DNA of 51,455 bases from Bacilli bacterium (lineage in GTDB: Bacteria > Bacillota_I > Bacilli_A > ML615J-28 > CAG-313), in assembly GCA_051872775.1 (NCBI GenBank), contig JBJEEE010000019.1, forward strand, positions 1 to 51,455. Direction: 5' to 3'. This document shows, in pieces, positions 8,036-16,792 of the stretch. The notes beneath the pieces were generated by a model that was not told the DNA's origin, did not search any database, and saw only the letters and a list, made by a program, of their open reading frames with translations. The position numbers were made by a program, and so were the translations under genes. Numbering within the stretch: position 1 is the first letter of the stretch; the number at the start of each line of letters is the position of its first letter.

Positions 8036-11000
8036 ATGAGAAAAAAAGGATTTACATTTATTCTATTTTGTTTATTTACGATTTGTTTATTTGGATGTTC
8101 TAATCGTGAGGCTTCTTTGCGAATCAGCCTTAATGATGACGAAACAATGATTGGTGAATATCAGATTGAAAATAAAATAGGAGATAATATCTTAGATATT
8201 ATTAAAAATGTTAAGGTAGAAAAACGTGGATTTACCTTTGTTGGATGGGCAATCGATGGAGAAAAAATCACCAGCGAGTCATCGCTTCAAGATAAAGAAG
8301 TAGTTATTACTCCTATATTTGAAGCTAATGAATACAAGATTGTTTTTTTAGTTGATGGTAAAATATATATAGATGAAACTCTTCATTATGGAGATAGTAT
8401 TGCTAAGCCCAATGACCCTAGTGTACTTGGTAAAACTTTTGTATCTTGGGATCAAGAAGTACCAAGTACAATGCCAGATTGTGATTTAGAATTTAAGGCA
8501 GTATTTACAGAAGATACATATAATATTATTTTCAAAGTTGGTGATGAAGAAATCGTAAATCAGTTTCTTCATTATGGCGATGAAATCACAAAACCAGAAG
8601 ACCCTATTGTTAAAGGATATAGATTTGTATCTTGGGATCAAGAAGTCCCAAGTACAATGCCAGATCATGATTTAGAGTTTAAAGCAGTATTAGTTCAAAA
8701 TGAATATAAAGTAAGTTTTAAAGTTAATGATGAAACCATTTCTGAGGATCTTCTTCATTATGGCGATGAAATCACAAAACCAGAAGATCCTGTCATTAAA
8801 GGGTATAGATTTGTATCATGGGATCAAGAAGTCCCAAGTACAATGCCAGATCATGATTTAGAATTTAAAGCAGTATTAGTTCAAAATGAATATAAAGTAA
8901 GCTTTAAAGTTAATGATGAAACCATTTCTGAGGATCTTCTTCATTATGGAGATGAAATCACAACACCAGAAGATCCTGTCATTAAAGGGTATAGATTTGT
9001 ATCTTGGGATCAAGAAGTACCAAGTACAATGCCAGATCATGATTTAGAATTTAAAGCAGTATTTGAAATTGCTACATATAATATTACTTTTGTTTATGAA
9101 GATGGAACATGGCCTACGGAAAGTCCTGAAACTGTAAACATTCTTTTAGATGATTTATTTACAGATTTTCATACTTGGTTAAATAGTACGGAAGACTTAA
9201 GCACATTTATTAAAGATGCAAACGGTGTTTATAAAAATGGTAAGTGGCAAGATGTAAAGGGAAAATTATACGCAGCTAATTTAAAAGATATTCGTGAAAA
9301 CTCTGAGTATTTCATTAATGATGCTTTTTATCATGATAAATGGATTGGATTCTTTAATGAACTTGATAAATGCATATCTGAAATAAATCCATCTCAAGAC
9401 TTGTGGAGTTCCACATATGTTGGTTGCATCCGTTTATATGAGATTGCTGACCATGCCACAAGATTTAGTGATGCGCAAAAGGAAAGACTAATGAATTCTC
9501 TTCAAATAGAGATTACACCAGTAACTACTTATCAAATGGGAGACTCATTTACATTTATGGATTTAGTCCTAAAAAATGGGCGTGAGTTTTTAGGATGGTA
9601 TTTAGATGATAACCTTATTACAGGAATCACTCCTGATATGGCATCTGACATTACGGTAGTTGCAAAATTATCAACGCCGATTTTCCCTGAGACAATTACA
9701 ATTAACAATCCTGTAAGTAAACTTGAAAAAGGCGTAGCATATACCCTTGATTTACAACTAACTCCTGATAATATAACTCATGATGAGTTAGTATATGAAT
9801 CAAGTGAACCAAAAGTTGCAACCATAAAAGATGGTGTTATTACGACTTTAGGTTATGGTAGTACAATGATTAAAATATATTCTAAATATAATGTAGATGC
9901 AGTTGCAACAATGAATCTTGAAGTATTTCCAAATATGCAAGAAAATATCCCAGTAATATATATGTCATATGAAATAAGGGAACGTGCTGTTATTAATGTT
10001 TCAGAAGAATATGATTTATTATTTGGCATAAAAGCATACGATAGTACTGATGGTGATATTACATCTAAAATTAAATTAAATGATGATACGCTTGATCCAT
10101 ATACAGCTGGTAGTTATAAAGTAACTTATACAGTAACAAACACGGCAGGTAATACATATACGCTTGTTCGTGATGTTGTAGTGGTAGATCATAGTGAATT
10201 AATTTTCATTGGTCATGCTGGATGTTATCTTGGTATTATGAATACAGAAGAAGCATTTATTAATGCGGTAACTGTTAAAGGATATAAAGCTTTAGAATGT
10301 GATGTTAAACAAACCTCAGATGGTGTATTTGTAGTTTGTCATGATAACGATTTTGGTGGCTATGATTTAGCATCTACAACTTATGACAACTTAAAAGATG
10401 TTGAAGTTACACAAACAAGAGGTGGCATTTCTTATACATCAAAAATATGCACATTTAAACGTTATCTTGAAATATGCAAACAATATGATGTTTATGCTGT
10501 TGTTGAATTAAAATCATCGGCTGGCATCACAAACTCTGACCAATCAAGAATGGACGAGTTAATGCAAGAAATAATTGATATGGGAATGCTTGATAAAGTC
10601 ATTTTCCTTGGATCACAATATAAATGTTTAGAATGGGTAAGAAATAACGGATATACAAATCCATGTCAATACTTAGTAAATTCATGCAAAAGCGAAACAA
10701 TCTATAATCGTTGCGTTGAATGGAATTTTGATGTTAGTTTTAATATTTCATACGCAAACTCAACTGAATGGATTGACCGCTACCATGAAGCAGGCTTAAA
10801 AGTATCAAGCTATACATTTAGTCAATATTCTGATGCGGCAACGCTTCAAAGTTGGATAGATAAAGGAGTTGATTTTGTTACTTGTGATGTTCTAACGGAA
10901 AATGATGTTACTATTCCTAAAAAAGAAGAAGAGGATTTACCAGAATATCAAGTAATCTTTAAAGACATTGATGGTACAATTTTAAAGGATACTTATGTAT

Positions 11001-11869
11001 TAGAGGGAAAGAAAGCTGTTTCTCCATTTGATCCAAAACGAGATGGTTATATTTTCACTGGTTGGGATAAAGAGTTTAGTAGTGTTACTGAGAACATGAT
11101 TATTACCGCAACTTATGATCTTATCCAATATAATATAAAATATGATGCTAACTTTAAAGTGATAACCGAAAGTTCATGGAGTACTAAACAAGAGTTTGTT
11201 AATGAATTCTATAATGATTTGTTTACTTGGATATCACAAAGTGTAGGCCAAGTTACAGGTCTTACCTTAAATGGTAGTACGTACACAGTAACGAAGAATA
11301 CTTCATCATATGGTACAGTATCATTTAGTAATGTGACAGAATTAATGAATCTTGGTATCTATTACTTTGAACAAACCATTGGTACTATTATTTATAAACC
11401 AATTGAAGGAACTAACAGTGATGACTATGTGATGGAAGAAGATAGTAGTTATTTCTTAAATACAGAGCCATATCGTAGTAAATATAAAGCATTAAATGCT
11501 TACTTCTTATATGCAATAACCAATCATTATACATCATATAATAAAAACTATAAACCTACATCAGCTGGTAAAGTACAAATTTTCTTTAGATTCCATCAAT
11601 GGCAACTAGGAACAAATATTGTGGAATTTAATTCACTACCAAAGAAATATGATATTATCACAAACACGCCAGATAACCTTGTGCTTCCAACAACGCATGT
11701 AACCTATAATGTAACAGATTCATTTACACTAGATGATGCTGTGTGTGAAGGATATGTCTTTGATGGTTGGTTCCTTGATCAAGCTTGTACTAAACCTATA
11801 ACCACAATTGTGGCAGGAACTACTGGAAATATAACATTATATGCAAAATGGCATATAAAAACAGAATAA
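8036..11869 (+). CDS. 1277-aa multidomain surface lipoprotein: Listeria-Bacteroides (Flg_new-type) repeats, Ig-like domains and a GDPD-like phosphodiesterase domain
   Basis: Lipobox LFGCS. There are four 62-aa repeats with the G(Y/K)xFxSWDQEVPSTMPD signature. A Big_2-like segment spans about aa 551-632 and a DUF5011-like Ig segment about aa 640-717. The GDPD-like core spans about aa 721-955 (FIGHAG...ALECDV...DGVFVVCHDNDF). More GW-type repeats occur at the C-terminus (GYIFTGWDKEF, GYVFDGWFLD). Confidence 0.7.
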   Translation: MRKKGFTFILFCLFTICLFGCSNREASLRISLNDDETMIGEYQIENKIGDNILDIIKNVKVEKRGFTFVGWAIDGEKITSESSLQDKEVVITPIFEANEYKIVFLVDGKIYIDETLHYGDSIAKPNDPSVLGKTFVSWDQEVPSTMPDCDLEFKAVFTEDTYNIIFKVGDEEIVNQFLHYGDEITKPEDPIVKGYRFVSWDQEVPSTMPDHDLEFKAVLVQNEYKVSFKVNDETISEDLLHYGDEITKPEDPVIKGYRFVSWDQEVPSTMPDHDLEFKAVLVQNEYKVSFKVNDETISEDLLHYGDEITTPEDPVIKGYRFVSWDQEVPSTMPDHDLEFKAVFEIATYNITFVYEDGTWPTESPETVNILLDDLFTDFHTWLNSTEDLSTFIKDANGVYKNGKWQDVKGKLYAANLKDIRENSEYFINDAFYHDKWIGFFNELDKCISEINPSQDLWSSTYVGCIRLYEIADHATRFSDAQKERLMNSLQIEITPVTTYQMGDSFTFMDLVLKNGREFLGWYLDDNLITGITPDMASDITVVAKLSTPIFPETITINNPVSKLEKGVAYTLDLQLTPDNITHDELVYESSEPKVATIKDGVITTLGYGSTMIKIYSKYNVDAVATMNLEVFPNMQENIPVIYMSYEIRERAVINVSEEYDLLFGIKAYDSTDGDITSKIKLNDDTLDPYTAGSYKVTYTVTNTAGNTYTLVRDVVVVDHSELIFIGHAGCYLGIMNTEEAFINAVTVKGYKALECDVKQTSDGVFVVCHDNDFGGYDLASTTYDNLKDVEVTQTRGGISYTSKICTFKRYLEICKQYDVYAVVELKSSAGITNSDQSRMDELMQEIIDMGMLDKVIFLGSQYKCLEWVRNNGYTNPCQYLVNSCKSETIYNRCVEWNFDVSFNISYANSTEWIDRYHEAGLKVSSYTFSQYSDAATLQSWIDKGVDFVTCDVLTENDVTIPKKEEEDLPEYQVIFKDIDGTILKDTYVLEGKKAVSPFDPKRDGYIFTGWDKEFSSVTENMIITATYDLIQYNIKYDANFKVITESSWSTKQEFVNEFYNDLFTWISQSVGQVTGLTLNGSTYTVTKNTSSYGTVSFSNVTELMNLGIYYFEQTIGTIIYKPIEGTNSDDYVMEEDSSYFLNTEPYRSKYKALNAYFLYAITNHYTSYNKNYKPTSAGKVQIFFRFHQWQLGTNIVEFNSLPKKYDIITNTPDNLVLPTTHVTYNVTDSFTLDDAVCEGYVFDGWFLDQACTKPITTIVAGTTGNITLYAKWHIKTE
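8333..9076 (+). repeat. 4 x 186-bp in-frame tandem repeat inside the lipoprotein gene
   Basis: Repeat units start at 8333, 8519, 8705 and 8891 (aa 100, 162, 224, 286). Copies 3 and 4 differ at only a handful of nucleotides. Confidence 0.9.
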
Positions 11870-11873
11870 TAAA

Positions 11874-11907
11874 AATACACCTCATTAATAGTGAGGTGTA
11901 TTTTTTT
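11874..11907 (+). terminator. rho-independent terminator
   Basis: aatacacctca (11874-11884) pairs with tgaggtgtatt (11892-11902), followed by a T-run to 11907. Confidence 0.85.
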
Positions 11908-12274
11908 GAATTGAACACATTTTTAATAACTGTTATATACATGATTTTTAAATATATAAAATAAAATAATTATCTATAGTTGATATATTCAGTATGGTAA
12001 GGAAATATTAAAAGTATAAAATATTGTTTATTAAGTTAAAGACCAAATAAAAAGAATGGTTAAAATATTTATTAATTATGATTATTCTATTTTAATAAAA
12101 GGATAAATAAAATTTGGATTAATGTTAAATTTATTAATAAACTATAGATAATAATTAAAATTAAAAGATAATAAACAGATGATTCAAAAGCAAGAATAAT
12201 TATAGAAGTATTTTACGTTAATAAATATGTGTATAGATTATTAAGGAAAATGTAAAAAAACTTGTTTAATTGAA

Positions 12275-12303
12275 TTGCAAAAAATATATAGATATGTTAT
12301 AAT
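12275..12303 (+). promoter_or_regulatory. sigma-A type promoter (extended -10)
   Basis: TTGCAA (12275-12280), 17 nt, TGtTATAAT (12295-12303). Confidence 0.6.
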
Positions 12304-12339
12304 AAAAAATACTAAGTAGAAGAATGCGAAGTGATTTAA

Positions 12340-13143
12340 ATGAAGATTAGATGTAGAAATTGTTATCGAGTTCTAAACCCAAACGAAGAATATTGTACCC
12401 ATTGTGGCGAACACAGTGATGAGATGGCACAGTATATGGCAGAAGGTAAACACGAACTTGATGCAATGGCTAAGTTTAAGTTATCGTTAGTTATATATAT
12501 ATGCATTGCCTTTTTAGGAACTGGTATCTTGATGATATCATTTGCACTTATCCAAAATAGGCTTGCGGAAACATATGACACTAACACATGCAAAGCATTA
12601 AGTTTTGTTATTACGAGTGTTGTATTGCTTTTAACTTTAATTATAATAAATTTTAAAGAATTAAAATCAATGTTTTTTAATGGTACTAAGAAACAATTGT
12701 TGCTTGCAATCATAATCGGCATTATTTCAATTGCTATATTGGTTCTTGTTCATAATCTAAGTGGATATACACGTGTTATTCCTAATTATATTTCCGACTA
12801 TGTAGATGGTAAAATAGTCATAAAGACCGATATTTTAGGAGTGTCTAGTCCCTTTGTAGTTATTTCTTTAATATTATCAATTATCTCACAAGAGATAGTA
12901 TTTAGAAGAAGATTTATTGATGCTTTGGATGAGGACACATTACTTGGTGATCGTTCTATCATCTTATTAGGGGCTCTTGTTGGTACGGCACTTGATTTTA
13001 TATGGATAATGTCCCCTGAAACATTACTAATGACTTTGGTTTTAAATGGTCTAATGAGTGCTATATATATATATACAAATAGAAGTATTGGCATTAATAT
13101 AATTCTAAGAATTATATTAGTATGCTTAATATTAATTATTTAG
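12340..13143 (+). CDS. zinc-ribbon membrane protein with a CPBP (CAAX protease)-like, apparently degenerate, core
   Basis: N-terminal CRNC...CTHC zinc ribbon and multiple TM helices. QEIVFRRRF resembles the CPBP EExxxR motif, but the first Glu is Gln and the later His motifs are not evident. Confidence 0.45.
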   Translation: MKIRCRNCYRVLNPNEEYCTHCGEHSDEMAQYMAEGKHELDAMAKFKLSLVIYICIAFLGTGILMISFALIQNRLAETYDTNTCKALSFVITSVVLLLTLIIINFKELKSMFFNGTKKQLLLAIIIGIISIAILVLVHNLSGYTRVIPNYISDYVDGKIVIKTDILGVSSPFVVISLILSIISQEIVFRRRFIDALDEDTLLGDRSIILLGALVGTALDFIWIMSPETLLMTLVLNGLMSAIYIYTNRSIGINIILRIILVCLILII

Positions 13144-13154
13144 GAGGAATCAAA

Positions 13155-14252
13155 ATGGGTTTAACAGCAGGTATTGTTGGACTTCCTAATGTTGGGAAGT
13201 CGACATTATTTAACGCAATAACAAAAGCAAACGCCTATGCCGCAAATTTTCCTTTTGCGACAATTGAACCAAATGTAGGTGTTGTAGAAGTTCATGATGA
13301 AAGATTAGACAAGATTGTTGATATTGTCAATCCTCGTAGTATTGTTCCTACTTCCTTTTCATTTACAGATATTGCTGGTCTTGTTAAAGGAGCAAGCCAT
13401 GGCGAAGGACTAGGAAATCAATTTTTATCACATATAAGGGATGTCGATGCAATATGTCAAGTGGTAAGATGTTTCGACAATGATAATATTGTACATGTAT
13501 CAGGACGTGTTGATCCAATTGATGATATTGAAACAGTCAATCTTGAATTGATTTTAGCAGATCTTGATGTAGTGGAAAAGAGAATCCCTAAAATTGAAAG
13601 ACGAGCAATGATGAAGGTTGATAAGGAATCAATTATTGAATATGATATCTTAAAAAAACTCCAATCATCTTTCTTAAATAATATTCCAGCACGGCTTGTC
13701 GAATTAACAGATGAAGAAAAACTGTTTATAAAAAACTATCAATTTCTAACAATGAAACCAATGCTATATGTAGCTAACGTATCAGAAGAAGACATTGTTA
13801 AAGGAAATAGATATGTAGAACAAGTAAAAGAATACGCTAAAAAAACTAATTCAACCGTAGTTATGATTAGTGCTCAAATTGAAGAAGAGTTAAGTGCACT
13901 AGATGATGAAGAAAAACAACTGTTTTTAGAAGACTTAGGTCTAAAAAAGAGCGGACTTGATGAACTAATCAATGAGGCCTATCATTTATTAGGTTTATGT
14001 ACATTCTTTACAGCTGGAGAAAAAGAATGTCGTGCTTGGACATTTAAAAAAGGAATGAAAGCTCCAGAATGTGCAGGTATAATTCATAGTGATTTTGAAA
14101 AAGGGTTCATTAAAGCAGAGACATATAGCTTTGATGATTTAATGACTTATGGAACTCCTCAAAAAGTAAAAGAAGCAGGTAAAGTAAGATTAGAAGGAAA
14201 AGATTACGTCGTTCAAGATGGCGACATTATGTTGTTTAGATTTAATAATTAA
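13155..14252 (+). CDS. ychF: ribosome-binding ATPase YchF
   Basis: Start moved to MGLTAGIVGLPNVGKSTLFNA, with AGGAGG 8 nt upstream. The C-terminal TGS-like region is present. Confidence 0.9.
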   Translation: MGLTAGIVGLPNVGKSTLFNAITKANAYAANFPFATIEPNVGVVEVHDERLDKIVDIVNPRSIVPTSFSFTDIAGLVKGASHGEGLGNQFLSHIRDVDAICQVVRCFDNDNIVHVSGRVDPIDDIETVNLELILADLDVVEKRIPKIERRAMMKVDKESIIEYDILKKLQSSFLNNIPARLVELTDEEKLFIKNYQFLTMKPMLYVANVSEEDIVKGNRYVEQVKEYAKKTNSTVVMISAQIEEELSALDDEEKQLFLEDLGLKKSGLDELINEAYHLLGLCTFFTAGEKECRAWTFKKGMKAPECAGIIHSDFEKGFIKAETYSFDDLMTYGTPQKVKEAGKVRLEGKDYVVQDGDIMLFRFNN

Positions 14253-14266
14253 GAAAGGAGAAATGT

Positions 14267-15778
14267 ATGGCATCAGAAAAGCAATATCTACAAAAACTAA
14301 AAAAGCATAATATTGAACTATATAATTATTTTTTACGCGGTATGGAAATAGTAGAAACATTAAATTCGAAAATGCACGAAGCTTATATTGTTGGTGGTGC
14401 TGTACGTGACTACTTGTTAGGTGCTCCGTTTAAAGATATCGACATTGCTACTACCGCAACCCCAAAAGAAGTACTTGAGCTATTCCCAGATGGTAATGGT
14501 AGATTTTCAGAACTAGGATGTGTTGAACTCCGCGAGGATAATAGAGTTTTCCAGATTACAACCTTCCGTGATGAACATTTAGTTACAACAAGAAAAACAA
14601 AAAATATTCACTATTCAAAAAAATTAACCGATGACGTTCTTCGTCGTGATTTTACGATAAATGCATTAGCTCTTTCCTCTAATTATAATATTATAGATTT
14701 AGTTAAAGGATGTCGTGATTTAAAGAAAGGAATAATTAGAGTTATTGGTAAAGGAACTAAAAGATTCCGTGAAGACCCAATAAGAATACTTCGTGGTTTT
14801 GAATTAATGTCACGTTATGGTTTTAACTTATCAGGTAGAACATCACGTGCAATGTATAAATCTCGCAAATATATCAAAGATATTTCCAATTATAAACTAA
14901 CGGAAATGCTTGATAAGATTATGCAAGGCAAATATGCAAGATATGCTCTTGCACAAATGTCTAATTTAAATATTTTTGGTTACGATGAAGTTTATCGAAA
15001 ATGGTTAGTATGTATATGTAGTAAATACAAAAAAACGGATAATACTGAGAAACTTGCACTTTTATATCATATGTATGGTTCTATTCCTAAAAACTCTGCT
15101 TATGATAAAAAAACAATATCAGATATTGAAAAGTTAATACATATGGTTGCAATCGTAGAAGAACAACCAATCGATGAGATGATGATATATAAATATGGCG
15201 GTAGTCTTGTTTATTCAGCAAATCAAATTTTAGTTACTAAAGGTCATAAATACAAAAACAAAGCTAAACTTATAAAAAAGATAATTAAAAATATGCCAAT
15301 AAGTGATCGTCGTGATATGAATTTTACGACCGAAGAATTAATTCAAATGATGAATGGACAAAAAGGGCCAAAAATTACAGAAATAATGGATTTACTTATA
15401 AGTAAAGTTGTAAAAGGAGAAGTCCTAAATACTAATGCATGTATTCGACAAGAAGCATTACGTTTGATTAATTTTGATCGCAATATTCAAGCTGAATCAT
15501 TACCTAAAGAAACCCAAGAAAGTAGTCAGATATATCAAGATAATGTACAAGTTACAGAGGAACCACAACCAGTAATTAATATAGACAATATTAAAAATGA
15601 GTATGCGGAAGAGTTTAAAAACTTATATGCTACATATATGCGAAATATTCCAAATTATTCAAGAATGACTGATGAGGAAAAAGCATCAATAAGTTATCAA
15701 ACAAAAGTAAGAGTAAAAAATGAATTACTAAGTCGTAATCCTAAATATCGTATTTTAGTGGAAAGGGGAATAATATGA
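14267..15778 (+). CDS. cca: CCA-adding enzyme / tRNA nucleotidyltransferase with a C-terminal extension of about 100 aa
   Basis: GGAVRDYLLG...DIDIAT nucleotidyltransferase head and RRDFTINAL motif. Total length is 503 aa. Confidence 0.8.
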   Translation: MASEKQYLQKLKKHNIELYNYFLRGMEIVETLNSKMHEAYIVGGAVRDYLLGAPFKDIDIATTATPKEVLELFPDGNGRFSELGCVELREDNRVFQITTFRDEHLVTTRKTKNIHYSKKLTDDVLRRDFTINALALSSNYNIIDLVKGCRDLKKGIIRVIGKGTKRFREDPIRILRGFELMSRYGFNLSGRTSRAMYKSRKYIKDISNYKLTEMLDKIMQGKYARYALAQMSNLNIFGYDEVYRKWLVCICSKYKKTDNTEKLALLYHMYGSIPKNSAYDKKTISDIEKLIHMVAIVEEQPIDEMMIYKYGGSLVYSANQILVTKGHKYKNKAKLIKKIIKNMPISDRRDMNFTTEELIQMMNGQKGPKITEIMDLLISKVVKGEVLNTNACIRQEALRLINFDRNIQAESLPKETQESSQIYQDNVQVTEEPQPVINIDNIKNEYAEEFKNLYATYMRNIPNYSRMTDEEKASISYQTKVRVKNELLSRNPKYRILVERGII

Positions 15779-16713
15779 TAAAAAAATTTAGTACAATGAA
15801 AGTTGGCGATGATGTTTCATTTTATGCATTAATTGAAGGATTACTCCTAAGATTTACCCCAAATAAAAGTTCATATTATAGTGCTAATCTATCAGATGGG
15901 GAACAGATAGTAGATGCTAGAATATGGGACACTATGATTGTTGAAAATAATAACTTAGAAAAGGGAAAGGTATATTATTTTGACGCTCATATCAATGAAT
16001 ATGGTGGCAAGCCTCAGTTTGTTATTAAAAATGCAAGACAAGTGTCAGAAGATGAAATCGACAAAAAAGAATTCTTTAGAAGTGCACCTATTAATGAAGA
16101 AACATTGCGAAAAGAAATAAAAAGATATATTAACCAAATTGAAAATCCAATTTTAAAAAAGATTGTTGTCGAAGTAATAAGTAAAGTATCAACGGAATAC
16201 TTCTCATATCCAGCCGCAATGTCCATGCATCATAACTATGCATCTGGCCTTGCTTACCATACATATTCGATGTTAAGACTTGCGGATACATATCTTGATA
16301 TTTATCCTGGTATGAGTAAAGATTTACTATATGCTGGCACAATCATTCATGATATCGGCAAAACCAAAGAATTAAGTGGAATATATGGTACGACATACAC
16401 TTGTGAAGGTAATTTGCTTGGCCATATCGTGATAGGATTACAAATGATTGCTAAAGCATCAGTTGCTCTTGGCATAGAAGATACTGAAGAAGTAAGAGTT
16501 TTATCACATATGATAGCTTCACATCATGGTGAACTAGAGTATGGAAGTCCTAAAGAACCTTGTACTTTAGAGGCATATGCTCTTCATTTTATGGATTTAG
16601 CTGATGCTAAAATGGCTGCTATCTCTGCAGAAGTAGTAAAAACAGAAAAAGGGAAGAGTACTAATCCAGTTGGAAGCATTGGTAGAAAAGCAATTTATCG
16701 CCCTGAAATATAA
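15775..16713 (+). CDS. yhaM: 3'-5' exoribonuclease YhaM (OB-fold plus HD domain)
   Basis: N-terminal OB-fold region, then HHNYASGLAYHTYSM and IIHDIGK HD-domain motifs. ATGA overlap with cca. Confidence 0.8.
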   Translation: MIKKFSTMKVGDDVSFYALIEGLLLRFTPNKSSYYSANLSDGEQIVDARIWDTMIVENNNLEKGKVYYFDAHINEYGGKPQFVIKNARQVSEDEIDKKEFFRSAPINEETLRKEIKRYINQIENPILKKIVVEVISKVSTEYFSYPAAMSMHHNYASGLAYHTYSMLRLADTYLDIYPGMSKDLLYAGTIIHDIGKTKELSGIYGTTYTCEGNLLGHIVIGLQMIAKASVALGIEDTEEVRVLSHMIASHHGELEYGSPKEPCTLEAYALHFMDLADAKMAAISAEVVKTEKGKSTNPVGSIGRKAIYRPEI

Positions 16714-16717
16714 AAAT

Positions 16718-16753
16718 AAAGCAATATTCTGTATTAATAGAATATTGCTTTTT
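16718..16753 (+). terminator. rho-independent terminator of the ychF-cca-yhaM unit
   Basis: aaagcaatattct (16718-16730) pairs with agaatattgcttt (16739-16751), followed by a T-run. Confidence 0.8.
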
Positions 16754-16756
16754 ATA

Positions 16757-16791
16757 TAAAAACCGAAAGGATAATCCCTTCGGCTTTTTTT
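16757..16791. terminator. hairpin terminator serving the convergent minus-strand operon
   Basis: ccgaaagg / cccttcgg stem (16763-16783) flanked by an A-run and T7. Read on the minus strand it follows the stop of the 857-aa gene. Confidence 0.7.
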
Positions 16792-16792
16792 A

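Noticed and set aside
8041-8047. Poly-A tracts at the 5' ends of envelope genes, considered as phase-variation switches. These are A7 in the lipoprotein gene, A8 at 7491-7498 in the PBP gene and A7 at the thiT start.
   Set aside because: They simply encode Lys-rich signal-peptide N-termini. Such tracts are common throughout this AT-rich sequence, and their lengths are short for efficient slippage.
11969-12152. 13-bp inverted repeat, attatctatagtt (11969-11981) and aactatagataat (12140-12152), considered as the ends of a miniature element.
   Set aside because: In a spacer this AT-rich, a 13-bp match is expected by chance at appreciable frequency. No target-site duplication or further extension of the match was seen.
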